A DNA stretch of 39,567 bases, taken from the NCBI GenBank assembly GCA_018895795.1, contig JAHINZ010000243.1:1-39567 (forward strand), written 5' to 3'. Made by a program: the position numbers and the translations under genes. The stretch is from Alphaproteobacteria bacterium. GTDB taxonomy: Bacteria > Pseudomonadota > Alphaproteobacteria > Caulobacterales > Caulobacteraceae. The notes beneath the pieces were generated by a model that did not search any database, was not told the DNA's origin, and saw nothing but the letters and a program-made list of their open reading frames with translations. Below, piece by piece: positions 9,179-21,651 of this stretch; position 1 is the first letter of the stretch, and every line of letters begins with the position of its first letter.

Positions 9179-9371
9179 AAACTAGAGCTTGCCGCCCCGG
9201 TGGCAAGTCAAGGCCCGCCCAGGCTCGTGCGCAGCCATCAGCCCCGGCCCCGAATCCAGACATTCAGATTGCGACCGCCAGACTTCGCCGGTCCCGGTGA
9301 ACACCAAGCCTTCTGGCGAGATCGACGGTCGGAGGTTAGACCTCAAACGATACGTCGGCTCTTGCGCCGCC

Positions 9372-9578
9372 CTATTCGCCGTCTTCCAGCGTGCGGGCTT
9401 CTTCCGGCAACATGATCGGCACGCCGTCGCGGATCGGATAGGCCAGCTTGGCCGTGCGGCTGACCAGTTCGCCGCGGGCGCGGTTGTAGTCGAGCGGCGC
9501 GCGGGTGATCGGGCAGACCAGCACCTCCAGGAGGCGCGGATCGATGTCGGCGGGCGGCGGCGTGGGCGTGGCGGTCAT
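9372..9578 (-). CDS. Trm112/YcaR-family protein
   Basis: LLEVLVCP...[12 protein letters not shown]. Confidence 0.9.
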   Translation of the reverse strand: MTATPTPPPADIDPRLLEVLVCPITRAPLDYNRARGELVSRTAKLAYPIRDGVPIMLPEEARTLEDGE

Positions 9579-9623
9579 GACCGCTTCTGTACCGCCGGTG
9601 TTTGTCGCTGAATAGAGGGGACG

Positions 9624-10301
9624 CTACTGGATCGAGGGCGGCTCGTCATCGTCGCCGACCGCCGCGTCGATCTCGAGCAGCGCCACCAGGGTTTGCCGCC
9701 GGTCGGCCAGGGTCGGGGCCTCCAGCAGGGCCTGTTTTTCCATCGGCTCGAACGGCAGGGCCATGGCCAGGCTGTTGATCAGGGCGTCCGAGGGGGCGTT
9801 TTCGGCGCTGGTCCAGTCGATGGCCAGGCCCCGGTGGTCGAGATACCGCCGCAGGGCGGCCAACAGCGTCGCGGCGGCGCCCGGCGATCGATCCGGCTCC
9901 GGGTTCTCGCGCAGATCGGCCTCGAAGGCGGAAAAGTCGGCGCGCACCTGACGATAGGGCGACATCACCGACAGCTCGGCCCCAACCCGAAAGCGGCACA
10001 CCCCGGTCAGGGTGACCAGGTAACGGCCGTCGCCGGTCTCGGCGAAGCTGGTCACCCGGCCCGCGCAGCCGATCGGGGCCAGGGTCGGATGATGCGCCTC
10101 TTCATCCCGGGCGTCCTGGCCCTGGGTCTGGATCATGCCGATGATCCGCTCGCCCGACATGGCGTCGTCGAACATGTTCAGATAGCGCGGCTCGAAGATG
10201 TTGAGCGGCAGCTGGCCGCCGGGCAGCAACAACACCCCGTCCAGCGGGAACACCGGGATCACCAGCGGCAGATCGCTCAGCTTTCGAAACAGGACCGACA
10301 T
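9624..10301 (-). CDS. LON peptidase substrate-binding (N-terminal) domain protein
   Basis: IPVFPL, LPLNIFEPRY, EKQALLE. Confidence 0.9.
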   Translation of the reverse strand: MSVLFRKLSDLPLVIPVFPLDGVLLLPGGQLPLNIFEPRYLNMFDDAMSGERIIGMIQTQGQDARDEEAHHPTLAPIGCAGRVTSFAETGDGRYLVTLTGVCRFRVGAELSVMSPYRQVRADFSAFEADLRENPEPDRSPGAAATLLAALRRYLDHRGLAIDWTSAENAPSDALINSLAMALPFEPMEKQALLEAPTLADRRQTLVALLEIDAAVGDDDEPPSIQ

Positions 10302-10309
10302 GGCGGCTC

Positions 10310-11218
10310 CTAGCTGAAAAGAAGGGTCGAGAGCCGCTTGCGGCCGGCCTTGGCGACTTCCGACATCGCGCCGGCCGCCTCGAACACCATCAGCAATTGC
10401 TTGCGCGCCGCATCGTCGTTCCAGGTTCGCTCGCGGGCGATGATGGTCAGCAGATGGTCGGCGGCGGCCTGCAGGTGACCGGCGCCGGCCAGGGCCTTGG
10501 CCAGTTCGAAGCGGGCCTCGTGGTCGTCGGGATCAACGGCCAGGCGTTGCTCGAACGGCGCGGTCTCGGACGGGGCGTCGGCGGCCAGGGCCAGGGCGGC
10601 GCGGACGCTTTCCAGTTCGGGATCCTTGGCGTTGGCCGGGGCCATGGCCGCCACCTCGGCCGCGCGCTCCAGGTCGCCGCCGTCGAGATAGCAGCGGGCC
10701 AGGCCGCCCAGCGCCTTGACGTTTTCGGGATCCAGCCGGAGGGCCTCGGCGAAGGCCTGGGCCGCGCCGCCGATTTCGCCCAGGTCCAGCGACTCCTTGG
10801 CCATGGCCAGCAGGGCGTCGAGGTCGCTCTGGGCCGGCGGGCCGGAAAGGCGGGCGATGAAGGCCTTGATCTCGCTCTCGGGCACCGCGCCCTGGAAGCC
10901 GTCGACCGGCTGGCCGTTGACGAAGGCGTAGACGCTGGGGATCGACTGCACGCGCAGCTGGCCCGAATAGCCGGGGTTCTTGTCGACATCGATCTTGACC
11001 AGCTTGACCGCCCCGCCGGCCGCCGCGACGGCCTTTTCCAGAGCGGGCGTCAGCTGACGGCAGGGACCGCACCAGGTGGCCCAGAAGTCGACGATGACCG
11101 GCTGGGTCTTCGACGCCTCGATCACGTCGGCCATGAAGCTGGCGTCCGTGCCGTCCTTGATGTGTTCGCTTTTGCCGCCAGCTTGAATGGGGGCGGGCTT
11201 GGCGCCGATCAGGTTCAT
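10310..11218 (-). CDS. cnoX: Chaperedoxin CnoX/YbbN (thioredoxin plus TPR)
   Basis: WCGPC active site followed by TPR-like helices, C-terminal RKRLSTLLFS. Confidence 0.9.
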   Translation of the reverse strand: MNLIGAKPAPIQAGGKSEHIKDGTDASFMADVIEASKTQPVIVDFWATWCGPCRQLTPALEKAVAAAGGAVKLVKIDVDKNPGYSGQLRVQSIPSVYAFVNGQPVDGFQGAVPESEIKAFIARLSGPPAQSDLDALLAMAKESLDLGEIGGAAQAFAEALRLDPENVKALGGLARCYLDGGDLERAAEVAAMAPANAKDPELESVRAALALAADAPSETAPFEQRLAVDPDDHEARFELAKALAGAGHLQAAADHLLTIIARERTWNDDAARKQLLMVFEAAGAMSEVAKAGRKRLSTLLFS

Positions 11219-11297
11219 CGGAAGTCTCTCATGGAAGTCAGAACGCTTTGCAGCCGAAGATGGTCCTTCGACGCGACAACCGCAATCGCCGGTTCGC

Positions 11298-11804
11298 CTA
11301 GGAGGCGACCGACATCGCCGCGAAATCGACGATCATCGGCGTCACGCCCAGCGCCGATAGAAACGCCCGCAAACCCGCTTGCGACACCGCGGTCGTGGCG
11401 TCGTTGCCCAACGGGTGAAAATTGACCGGGTCGGCCTTGGCCAGGGCCGCGTCGAGCACGAACCGTACGCGGTGGTCGACGTCGTTGATCAGGCCAAAGG
11501 CCGTGACCGAGCCCGGCGTCACGCCCAGGGTCTCGACCATCATCGCCTCGGGGCCGAACGACAGCCGGCCCGAGCCGATCACCGTGTGCAGGCGCTTGAG
11601 GTCAATCACCGTCTCGCCCAGGGCCGAGATCAGCCACAGCTGACCCTTGGCGTCCTTCAGGAACAGATTCTTGGTGTGCCCTCCGGGCAGGGCCGCCTTG
11701 ATCTCCAACCCCTCCTCGACGCGGAACACCGGCGGGTGGTCGAGTGTGGCGTGCTCAATGCCGTGGGCGTCGAGAAAGGCGAACAGGTCGGCGCGGGTCT
11801 TCAT
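11298..11804 (-). CDS. YbaK/ProX (PrdX) aminoacyl-tRNA deacylase
   Basis: [23 protein letters not shown] motifs. Confidence 0.9.
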   Translation of the reverse strand: MKTRADLFAFLDAHGIEHATLDHPPVFRVEEGLEIKAALPGGHTKNLFLKDAKGQLWLISALGETVIDLKRLHTVIGSGRLSFGPEAMMVETLGVTPGSVTAFGLINDVDHRVRFVLDAALAKADPVNFHPLGNDATTAVSQAGLRAFLSALGVTPMIVDFAAMSVAS

Positions 11805-11879
11805 GCGGGCTCTCTAGACGGGCTTGCCTTCACAGGGCTAGAGCAGAAGCTAGGGATCAAGGAAAGAGACGAGCGCGGC

Positions 11880-12623
11880 ATGGAACTGGAGTGCTATCCC
11901 ACCGAGAACCGTCCGCCCGAGATCGTGCCGGGTCGCCCGCAGCGGGCCTGGATGGATCATTTCGCCGACCGCCATCCCTATCGCTGCCTGCCGCTGTCGA
12001 TGGCCAACACCTCGGGCTGGGAAATCCTGTGCCCGGTCGGGTTCACCGCCACCTGGGACGGCGGCGCGCACCAGGACTGTATCAAGTTCCAGCCCGACCA
12101 CCCCTATCCGGGCTTCGGCGACTTCGTGAAGTCGCACTTCTCGCGCGGCACCGTCACCTTCCATACCGGCTATCTGTTCCGCACCCCGCCCGGCTGGTCG
12201 ACCTGGATCATGGGCCCGCCCAACCACATCAAGGACGGCATCCAGCCGCTGAGCGGCCTGGTCGAGACCGACTGGCTGCCCTTTCCGTTCACGATGAACT
12301 GGCTGTTCACCCGCCCCGGCACGGTGCGCTTCGAAAAGGGCGAGCCGTTCTGTTTCATGATGCTGGTGCAGGACAAGGCGATGGACAATGTCCAGCCGGT
12401 GATCCGCTCGATGAACAGCAATCTGGACCTGCGCCGCCAGTACGACACCTGGGCCGAGAAGCGCACCGAGTTCAACAGCCTGATCTTCAAGCGCGATCCC
12501 GAGGCCACCAAGGAGGCCTGGCAGCGCTTCTATTTCAAGGGCGAATATCCCGAGGAAGTCGCCGCCGAGGCCCCGTCGCACCATGTCAACAAGCGCCGGC
12601 TGAAGGCCCCGAAGCTGGGGTGA
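11880..12623 (+). CDS. DUF6065-like protein
   Basis: RAWMD, YRCLPLSMAN..GW, ETDWLPFPFTMNW; start taken at ATG 11880. Confidence 0.75.
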   Translation: MELECYPTENRPPEIVPGRPQRAWMDHFADRHPYRCLPLSMANTSGWEILCPVGFTATWDGGAHQDCIKFQPDHPYPGFGDFVKSHFSRGTVTFHTGYLFRTPPGWSTWIMGPPNHIKDGIQPLSGLVETDWLPFPFTMNWLFTRPGTVRFEKGEPFCFMMLVQDKAMDNVQPVIRSMNSNLDLRRQYDTWAEKRTEFNSLIFKRDPEATKEAWQRFYFKGEYPEEVAAEAPSHHVNKRRLKAPKLG

Positions 12624-12949
12624 AACGGGTCCTGTTCGTGTGCGGCAAGAACCGGCTGCGCAGCCCCACGGCCGAGCAGATTTTCTCGACCTGGCCTGGA
12701 ATCGAGGTCAGCTCGGCCGGCGTCAACGCCGACGCCGACGCCCCCCTGACCGGCGAGATGGTTGCCGAGGCCGACATCATCTTCGTGATGGAGAAGGCCC
12801 ATCGCGCCAAGCTGACACGGCGGTTCAAGACCCACCTGAAGTCGGCCCGCGTCATCTGCCTGGATATCCCGGACGACTACGCCTTCATGGATCCCGAGCT
12901 GATCAGGATCCTGAAGGCGCGGGCGACACGGTTCCTGCCGAACCGATAG
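12620..12949 (+). CDS. Low-molecular-weight protein tyrosine phosphatase family protein
   Basis: VLFVCGKNRLRS (CX5RS), LDIPDDY; GTG start overlaps the upstream TGA. Confidence 0.85.
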   Translation: MKRVLFVCGKNRLRSPTAEQIFSTWPGIEVSSAGVNADADAPLTGEMVAEADIIFVMEKAHRAKLTRRFKTHLKSARVICLDIPDDYAFMDPELIRILKARATRFLPNR

Positions 12950-12953
12950 ATCC

Positions 12954-13015
12954 TCAGAGAACTCTGCTTGACAGAGTTCGACATGTCTTATAACTCTGAA
13001 ACTCAGAGCACTCTG
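12954..13015 (+). promoter_or_regulatory. Promoter with tandem palindromic operators
   Basis: TTGACA at 12968-12973 lies inside ACTCTG-N5-CAGAGT (12961-12977); second ACTCTG-N5-CAGAGC at 12993-13009; further half-sites. Confidence 0.65.
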
Positions 13016-13039
13016 ATCACCTAGAACGGAGAAGTCATC

Positions 13040-13618
13040 ATGGCTATTACGCCAAACGAGGCGGCCGCCGCGCTGTCAGAGATTGAGAACACCACACGCC
13101 GGGGCATGACCCTGCGCGGCTATCGCGTTGCGGGCCCGATCCTGATGGTTTGGGGCCTGATCTGGGCGGTCGGCTATGTCGCCATGGGGGTTCTGCCCGT
13201 TGAGCGGTGGGGACCCGTATGGTTCATCCTGGACTTCGTCGGGGCGACCGTAACGATCATCATGACGGGGCGCGGTTATGCGCGCCGAGCCACCGCGGTC
13301 AAGGCGGCGGTTCCAGCAGGCTTACCCTGGAAGCTGGCGCTGGGCATGGTTGGCACGGCGGCTTTCGTGCTCGGGGTCGTCGCGATCTTTCCCCAGGGCG
13401 AGACCGCCGCCTATCTGGCCCTGCCCGGCTTGGTGACCGGCATGATTTACATGTCCATAGGCCTGTGGTCGGGCCTGCGCTACGCCTTGATCGGCCTGGC
13501 CGTGTTTGCCGCAACCCTGGTGGGTTTCTTCGTCTTCAGGTCGGACCTGGCCTTCTGGATGGCCGGCGTGGGCGGCGGCGCCCTGTTTCTGTCGGGCCTT
13601 TGGCTGAGGAAAGCCTAG
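13040..13618 (+). CDS. Multi-TM hypothetical membrane protein
   Basis: About six hydrophobic helices, GGAG RBS, in an operon with a wHTH regulator. Confidence 0.8.
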   Translation: MAITPNEAAAALSEIENTTRRGMTLRGYRVAGPILMVWGLIWAVGYVAMGVLPVERWGPVWFILDFVGATVTIIMTGRGYARRATAVKAAVPAGLPWKLALGMVGTAAFVLGVVAIFPQGETAAYLALPGLVTGMIYMSIGLWSGLRYALIGLAVFAATLVGFFVFRSDLAFWMAGVGGGALFLSGLWLRKA

Positions 13619-13619
13619 G

Positions 13620-13931
13620 ATGGCCGCCCAGTCCGAAGATCTGATCCACCAGCCCCTGCGCCTGAAGATCATGGCCGCCCTCTATGCCGAGCGCGACGTC
13701 GATCCACTGGACTTTCCGCGCCTGAAAGCCATCACCCAGGCCACCGACGGCAATCTAGGCAGCCACCTGACGACGCTGGAAAAGGCCGGTTATGTGGCGC
13801 TCGCGAAGGACTTCGTCGGCAAGCGCCCCAGAACACGCGTCGCCCTGACCGGGGAAGGCCGCAAGGCCTTCCGCCGCCATGTCGAGTATCTGCGCGAGGT
13901 GGTCGAGGGGGTCGGAGACGACGCGCCCTAA
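13620..13931 (+). CDS. Winged-helix transcriptional regulator (ArsR/MarR-like, HTH_34)
   Basis: [29 protein letters not shown]...LT..GR. Confidence 0.85.
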   Translation: MAAQSEDLIHQPLRLKIMAALYAERDVDPLDFPRLKAITQATDGNLGSHLTTLEKAGYVALAKDFVGKRPRTRVALTGEGRKAFRRHVEYLREVVEGVGDDAP

Positions 13932-15277
13932 GCCGCCTTCACCGCCGAGACGATCGACTTGACCACCTTCTTGACCAGGGCCGGATCGTCGCCCTCGGCC
14001 ATGATGCGGATCAGGGGTTCGGTGCCGGAAGGACGCACGACGATGCGGCCGGCGCCGTTCAACTGGGCCTCGCCGTCGGCGATGGCCTGCTTGACCGTCG
14101 TGGCTTCCAACGGCTTTCCGGTCCCGGTGAAGCGGACATTTTCCAGCAGCTGCGGCACGGGCTCGAACTGCCGGCCCAGGGCGCTCATCGGCTGACCGGA
14201 CTCGATCATCACCGCCAGCACCTGCAGGGCGGCGATCAGGCCGTCACCGGTGGTCGAGAAGTCCGACAGGATCACGTGGCCCGACTGCTCGCCGCCCAGG
14301 TTGAAGCCGCCCTCGCGCATGCGGGCCATCACATGGCGGTCGCCGACGCTGGTGCGCTCCAGCGTCAGGCCGTGCTCGGCCATCAGCCGTTCCAGGCCCA
14401 GATTGGACATCACCGTGGCGACGACGCCGCCGGCCTTGAGCTTGCCGGCCTTGGCATAGGCCAGGGCGATGATGGCCATGATCTGATCGCCGTCGACGAC
14501 CATGCCCTTCTCGTCGCAGATCACCAGCCGGTCGGCGTCGCCGTCCAGGGCGATACCGATATCGGCGCGGTATTCGCGCACCAGCTTGGCCATCGCCTCG
14601 GGATGGGTCGAGCCGCACTCGGCATTGATATTGGTCCCGTCCGGCGTAACGCCGATCTCGATGACCTCGGCGCCCAGCTCGTAGAGGGCGGTGGGCGCCA
14701 CCTTGTAGGCCGCGCCATTGGCGCAATCGATGACGATGCGCAGGCCCGACAGGCTCATATTGCGCGGGAAGGTCGCCTTGATGATCTCGACATAGCGGGC
14801 CTGGGCGTCGTCGATGCGCTTGACCCGGCCCAGGCCGCGCGGCGGGGCCAGACCCTCCTGCAGACCCTCGTCCATCAGGGCCTCGATCTTCAGCTCCTGG
14901 TCGTCGGACAGCTTGTAGCCGTCGGGGCCGAACAGCTTGATGCCGTTGTCGGCGAAATCATTGTGGCTGGCGCTGATCATCACGCCCAGATCGGCGCGCA
15001 TCGAGCGGGTCATCATCGCCACGGCCGGGGTCGGCAGCGGGCCGAACAGCCGCACATCCATGCCGACGCTGGCGAAGCCGGCGACCAGGGCCGGCTCGAT
15101 CATGTAGCCCGACAGGCGGGTGTCCTTGCCGATCACCACCAGATGACGGCGGTCGTCCTGCGAGCGGAACAGCTTGCCTGCGGCCAGGCCGACCCGTAGG
15201 GCGACCTCGGCGGTCATCGGATGCTGGTTGGCCTGACCGCGAATGCCGTCGGTGCCGAAATAGGCGCGCTTGCTCAT
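13928..15277 (-). CDS. glmM: Phosphoglucosamine mutase
   Basis: [34 protein letters not shown]. Confidence 0.97.
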   Translation of the reverse strand: MSKRAYFGTDGIRGQANQHPMTAEVALRVGLAAGKLFRSQDDRRHLVVIGKDTRLSGYMIEPALVAGFASVGMDVRLFGPLPTPAVAMMTRSMRADLGVMISASHNDFADNGIKLFGPDGYKLSDDQELKIEALMDEGLQEGLAPPRGLGRVKRIDDAQARYVEIIKATFPRNMSLSGLRIVIDCANGAAYKVAPTALYELGAEVIEIGVTPDGTNINAECGSTHPEAMAKLVREYRADIGIALDGDADRLVICDEKGMVVDGDQIMAIIALAYAKAGKLKAGGVVATVMSNLGLERLMAEHGLTLERTSVGDRHVMARMREGGFNLGGEQSGHVILSDFSTTGDGLIAALQVLAVMIESGQPMSALGRQFEPVPQLLENVRFTGTGKPLEATTVKQAIADGEAQLNGAGRIVVRPSGTEPLIRIMAEGDDPALVKKVVKSIVSAVKAA

Positions 15278-15438
15278 GGTCGTGTTCTGGTCTCGGTTGG
15301 GTCTTAGTTAGAGCGCGAAACGATCGGAAATGCAGATTTATGAGGGGTGGGCGTGAGTGAATGCTAAAGCCCGGCCTCAAAATCCTGTCTTGATTGTCTT
15401 TAGTCTCCGTCGACCCGTTCTACAAAGGATCATGGCCC

Positions 15439-17283
<1,845 letters not shown>

Positions 17284-17313
17284 CCTTTCAGGCCGAGGCG
17301 CCGGAGAAGACCC

Positions 17314-17775
17314 ATGACGATCACCATGACGCCGATCGGCCGGGTCGAGGGCGGCCGCGACGTTCCGGAAGACGATGATTGGGGCCAGAGCCGCGCCAAG
17401 ATCGCGCTGGACCCCGCCCGCTTCACCGCCGAGGCGCTGATGGGGCTGGAGACCTTCAGCCACGCCGAGGTGATCTATGTCTTCGATCGGGTGACCGACG
17501 ACCAGATCGTCACCGGCGCCCGCCATCCGCGCGGCAACCCCGCCTGGCCGAAGATCGGCATCTTCGCCCAGCGCGGCAAGAACCGGCCCAATCGGATCGG
17601 CGTCACGGTCTGCAGGATCGTGGCGGTGGACGGCCTCCATCTCGAGGTGGAGGGCCTGGACGCCATAGACGGTACGCCGGTGCTGGACATCAAGCCGATG
17701 ATGGCCGGCTTCGCGCCGCGCGGCGAGCACCGCGAGCCCGACTGGGCGCGGGAAATCATGGCGACCTACTGGTAG
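17314..17775 (+). CDS. TsaA/TrmO-like SAM-binding protein
   Basis: GIFAQRGKNRPNRIG, GLDAIDGTPVLDIKP. Confidence 0.85.
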   Translation: MTITMTPIGRVEGGRDVPEDDDWGQSRAKIALDPARFTAEALMGLETFSHAEVIYVFDRVTDDQIVTGARHPRGNPAWPKIGIFAQRGKNRPNRIGVTVCRIVAVDGLHLEVEGLDAIDGTPVLDIKPMMAGFAPRGEHREPDWAREIMATYW

Positions 17776-17779
17776 GCGG

Positions 17780-18241
17780 CTAGCGCCCTTTCAGGTCTGG
17801 GCAGGCGTCGGGCTCGACGGTCCAGCTCAGATCGGCGATGCGCCAGGCGCCGTCCTGCTTGACCAGGGTGAAGATGTCGACGCCGCAGTGGCTGGTGACG
17901 CCGCTCTTCTTGAACTCGTAGGGGCCGGTCACGGTGGCCAAGGCGCCGCGCCGTACGATCTGGGGCGACCACATCCGCTCATCCAGGCCGGGCTCGATGT
18001 GCTGGCCAAACGAGTCTTCGAACAGGACGCGGCGGACCTGGACCGCGCCGTTCAATGCCGGTCGCAGGGACGTGAACCGGCCGTCGGGCAGCATCGTCGC
18101 GCGCATGGCCGCCGGATCGGCCGCCGCCAGCCCGTCGAAAAAGGCCTGGACGACGGCCAGCGTCGCCGTGTCCTCCGGGTCGGTCACGGCGGGCGGGGTC
18201 GCGCCCAGGGCGGCGACCAGCAGGGTGGCGAGAAGGGGCAT
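17780..18241 (-). CDS. Secreted NTF2-like (DUF4440-type) protein
   Basis: Signal peptide; SHCGVDIFTLVK..GAWRI. Confidence 0.75.
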   Translation of the reverse strand: MPLLATLLVAALGATPPAVTDPEDTATLAVVQAFFDGLAAADPAAMRATMLPDGRFTSLRPALNGAVQVRRVLFEDSFGQHIEPGLDERMWSPQIVRRGALATVTGPYEFKKSGVTSHCGVDIFTLVKQDGAWRIADLSWTVEPDACPDLKGR

Positions 18242-18262
18242 GGTCGGTTCCGCGCTGACGCT

Positions 18263-18898
18263 TCAGGCCCCCAGCATGCCCCAGCAGATCCCGACCTGGC
18301 CACCCCAATACAGGAACCACACCGCCCAGGCGGTCAGGCGCGGCGAGCCCAGCAGCTTGGCGCCCTTGAACAGGTCGAAGGACAGGATGGCGTCGGAGGC
18401 CATGAAGGCGACCGCGCCGACGGTGGCGGGCCAGAAGCGGTGCGGCAGCAACAGGCTGGAGACCACCATGCAGACGATGGCGGCGACATAGGCGATCACC
18501 GGCAAGCGCAGGGGGCCCAGCGACGACCACAGGGCCCGCAGCATCAGCCCCGCGGCAGAACCGACCGCCAGGGCTCCGATCCAGAAGGCCGTGCCGGGCG
18601 ACGCGCCATAGGTCCCAAACAGCGGCGTATAGATCACGTGGCCGACCAGGAAGGCGGCCAGGCCGAACGGCAACCAGCGCTTAGGGTCTCCGGCCAGAAA
18701 AAGATCGCCCAGGGTGCAGAAGGCCAGGGCGATGGCCAGCAACACGCCGCCACCTTCCAGATAGGCGATCAGGGCCAGGGACCCGACGGCGCAGCCCTTG
18801 ATCAAGGTGCGCAGGGCCGAAGGCTCGCGCTGGCTGAAGATCAGGCCATAGACCAGGGCGCTGGCGCCCGACAGGGCCCAGAGCCGCGGGTCAGTCAT
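18263..18898 (-). CDS. YhhN/lysoplasmalogenase-family membrane protein
   Basis: LGDLFL, GLAAFLVGH, FMASD, LYWGGQ. Confidence 0.85.
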   Translation of the reverse strand: MTDPRLWALSGASALVYGLIFSQREPSALRTLIKGCAVGSLALIAYLEGGGVLLAIALAFCTLGDLFLAGDPKRWLPFGLAAFLVGHVIYTPLFGTYGASPGTAFWIGALAVGSAAGLMLRALWSSLGPLRLPVIAYVAAIVCMVVSSLLLPHRFWPATVGAVAFMASDAILSFDLFKGAKLLGSPRLTAWAVWFLYWGGQVGICWGMLGA

Positions 18899-19295
18899 CG
18901 GACGAGAGTCTGGCCAGGAAGGCCTTGGCGGCGTCCCGATGCCGGGGCTTGAGGTTCTTGCCGACGATGGCGATGACGGCGGCGATCACCGCCGCGTCGT
19001 CGGTCAGGCCCAGGGCCGGCAACATGTCGGGAATGACGTCGGTGGGCAGGACGAAATAGGCCAGGGCCGCCATCATCATGCCCTTGGCGGCGACCGGGGT
19101 GGTCGGATCACGGGCGCACCACCAGACCGAGAGGGCGTCGGCGGCGAACGGGATCTTGGCCGCGACCCTGCGGATCTTGGGCAGGAAGCCGCGCGCCACG
19201 CGTTCTTCGTTGACCCGCACCGTCGCCGGGACCAGGGCCTTGGCCGGATCGAGGATCTGGTTGACGTCGGGGGACGGTTTGGCGTCGGCGCTCAT
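18891..19295 (-). CDS. YkvA/DUF1232-family protein
   Basis: LAYFVLPTDVIPD..LGLTDD. Confidence 0.85.
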   Translation of the reverse strand: MSADAKPSPDVNQILDPAKALVPATVRVNEERVARGFLPKIRRVAAKIPFAADALSVWWCARDPTTPVAAKGMMMAALAYFVLPTDVIPDMLPALGLTDDAAVIAAVIAIVGKNLKPRHRDAAKAFLARLSSDD

Positions 19296-19349
19296 CGGTT
19301 TACACCCTGTTCAACAACGCACTTAAACGCAAACCCCGAGGAAACGTCC

Positions 19350-20132
<783 letters not shown>

Positions 20133-20156
20133 TACAGGAAAGCGGAGGGGGTGGTA

Positions 20157-20261
20157 ACTTGCCCCCTCCGCGCCTTTGGCGCTCCTCCCCCGGCGGGGGA
20201 AGATGATTCATCCGCCCCCTCCGGGGGCGGACGGTCGCGTAGCGACCCGGTGGGGGCAAGT
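20157..20261. repeat. Family-A repeat, swapped-arm form
   Basis: Homologous to 7173-7278; central GATTC. Confidence 0.8.
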
Positions 20262-20280
20262 GACCGCCCCCATCCGCAAC

Positions 20281-20874
20281 CTACTTCTTCGGCGTCGGCA
20301 GGATGATGCTGCTGGCCAGGTTCTTCATGATCTCGCGGGCGTCGAAGGCCCGCGGATCACCCTCGGGCTTGGCGCCCTTGTGCAGGACAACCTCGGCGCC
20401 GGCCTCGAACTTCTCGATCGTCCGCACCTGGGTGCGGTCATAGAAGAAGGGGTCCCCCCAGAAGGGGTCCCAGCTGCGCCAGCCATAGCTGGGGCCGAAA
20501 TAGCGCCACGACGGACGCCAGTAGCCATAGGGATAGCCGTAGCCGAAGCCCGGACGGGCCAGCGGATCGGGATCCAGCACCGTGCGCGCCGTCCGGTCGG
20601 TGCGGCGGTCGGCGGTCTCGAACCAGTCATAGCCCTGCTGCACGGTCAGCTCGGCGGCGCGGTACAGCAGATAACGCTCGACGGTTTCCCGCGAGGTCAG
20701 GCTGTTGCCGGCGAAGCTGACGCGATAGCGGTCGGTCTCCAGGCGAAGTTCGGAAAAGCCGCCCGTCACCGCGCCGGACGTGGTCTTGGGTTGGTAGGGG
20801 GTCGCCGTCGCGCAGGCCGAGAGTCCGGCCGCGACGACCAGAGCCGCGACGAGGGCGGTTTTCTTGAGGGACAT
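20281..20874 (-). CDS. Lipoprotein (CC0125/CC1285-like)
   Basis: Lipobox LSAC, TPYQP, YRVSFAGN, LYRAAELT. Confidence 0.8.
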   Translation of the reverse strand: MSLKKTALVAALVVAAGLSACATATPYQPKTTSGAVTGGFSELRLETDRYRVSFAGNSLTSRETVERYLLYRAAELTVQQGYDWFETADRRTDRTARTVLDPDPLARPGFGYGYPYGYWRPSWRYFGPSYGWRSWDPFWGDPFFYDRTQVRTIEKFEAGAEVVLHKGAKPEGDPRAFDAREIMKNLASSIILPTPKK

Positions 20875-20980
20875 CTCTGACGCTCCTTGGGGCATACGCG
20901 CGTGCCTGAAGCTTAACTCTGGAGACGCTTTGTGGTTTCGCCAAGGCGTTTGATGTCGGCGTTGCAATCGAAGTCGACCA

Positions 20981-21610
20981 TCAGCCTCGTGAAACGATCA
21001 GGATCGCGGCGCAAATCAGCAGCGCGCCGACGATGAAGGCGAAGCCTCGGCGGAAGGTCGGCTCGTTCATCCGCATCGACAGCGCCGCCCCGCCCAGGCC
21101 GTAGGAACTCATGCTGATCAGATCCATGCCGATCATCGCGCCCGCGAACATGATCAGTTGTGGGACCAGCGGCCTTTGCACATCGATGAACGGCGGCAGG
21201 ACGGCGGTGAAGAACAGCAGCACCTTGGGATTGGCGATCTGCACGGTGAAGCCGTCCACGAAGGCCGACTTGCCGGCCCTGACCGTGGCGACGGCGTGAC
21301 TCTCGATGTTCTTCCAGCCGGCCCATAGCGACTTGAGGCCCAGCCAGACCAGATAGGCGGCCCCCGCCAGGGCCAGGATGTGGAACGCCAGGGGAAAGGC
21401 GATGATCAGGGCGCCCAGGCCCAGGGCCGAGCCCGCGAACCAGATCAGGCTGGCGCAGTTCATGCCGATGACGCCGGCCAAGGCAGCGCGCTTGCCCTTT
21501 TCCACGCCGGTGGCGATGGCGAACAGGTTGGCGGGCCCCGGCGTGACAGCCATGACCGACATGGTGGCCAGGAAGGCGCCGTAGCGGGCGGGATCGACGG
21601 GAAGAGCCAT
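20981..21610 (-). CDS. LysE/RhtB-family translocator
   Basis: TPGPAN, GAAYLVWLG, ANPKVLLFF. Confidence 0.9.
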   Translation of the reverse strand: MALPVDPARYGAFLATMSVMAVTPGPANLFAIATGVEKGKRAALAGVIGMNCASLIWFAGSALGLGALIIAFPLAFHILALAGAAYLVWLGLKSLWAGWKNIESHAVATVRAGKSAFVDGFTVQIANPKVLLFFTAVLPPFIDVQRPLVPQLIMFAGAMIGMDLISMSSYGLGGAALSMRMNEPTFRRGFAFIVGALLICAAILIVSRG

Positions 21611-21651
21611 GCTCAGGCTATAGGCGAGCCCCTTCCCGTCGAAAAGTCGGA

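Noticed and set aside
9240-9360. Possible pseudogene fragment between the orphan gene and trm112
   Set aside because: No recognisable motif, start or RBS; cannot be supported
11379-12949. Long ORF-track versions (414 aa and 401 aa) suggesting fusions
   Set aside because: Recognisable domains begin at 11880 and 12620; upstream extensions are open frames overlapping other genes
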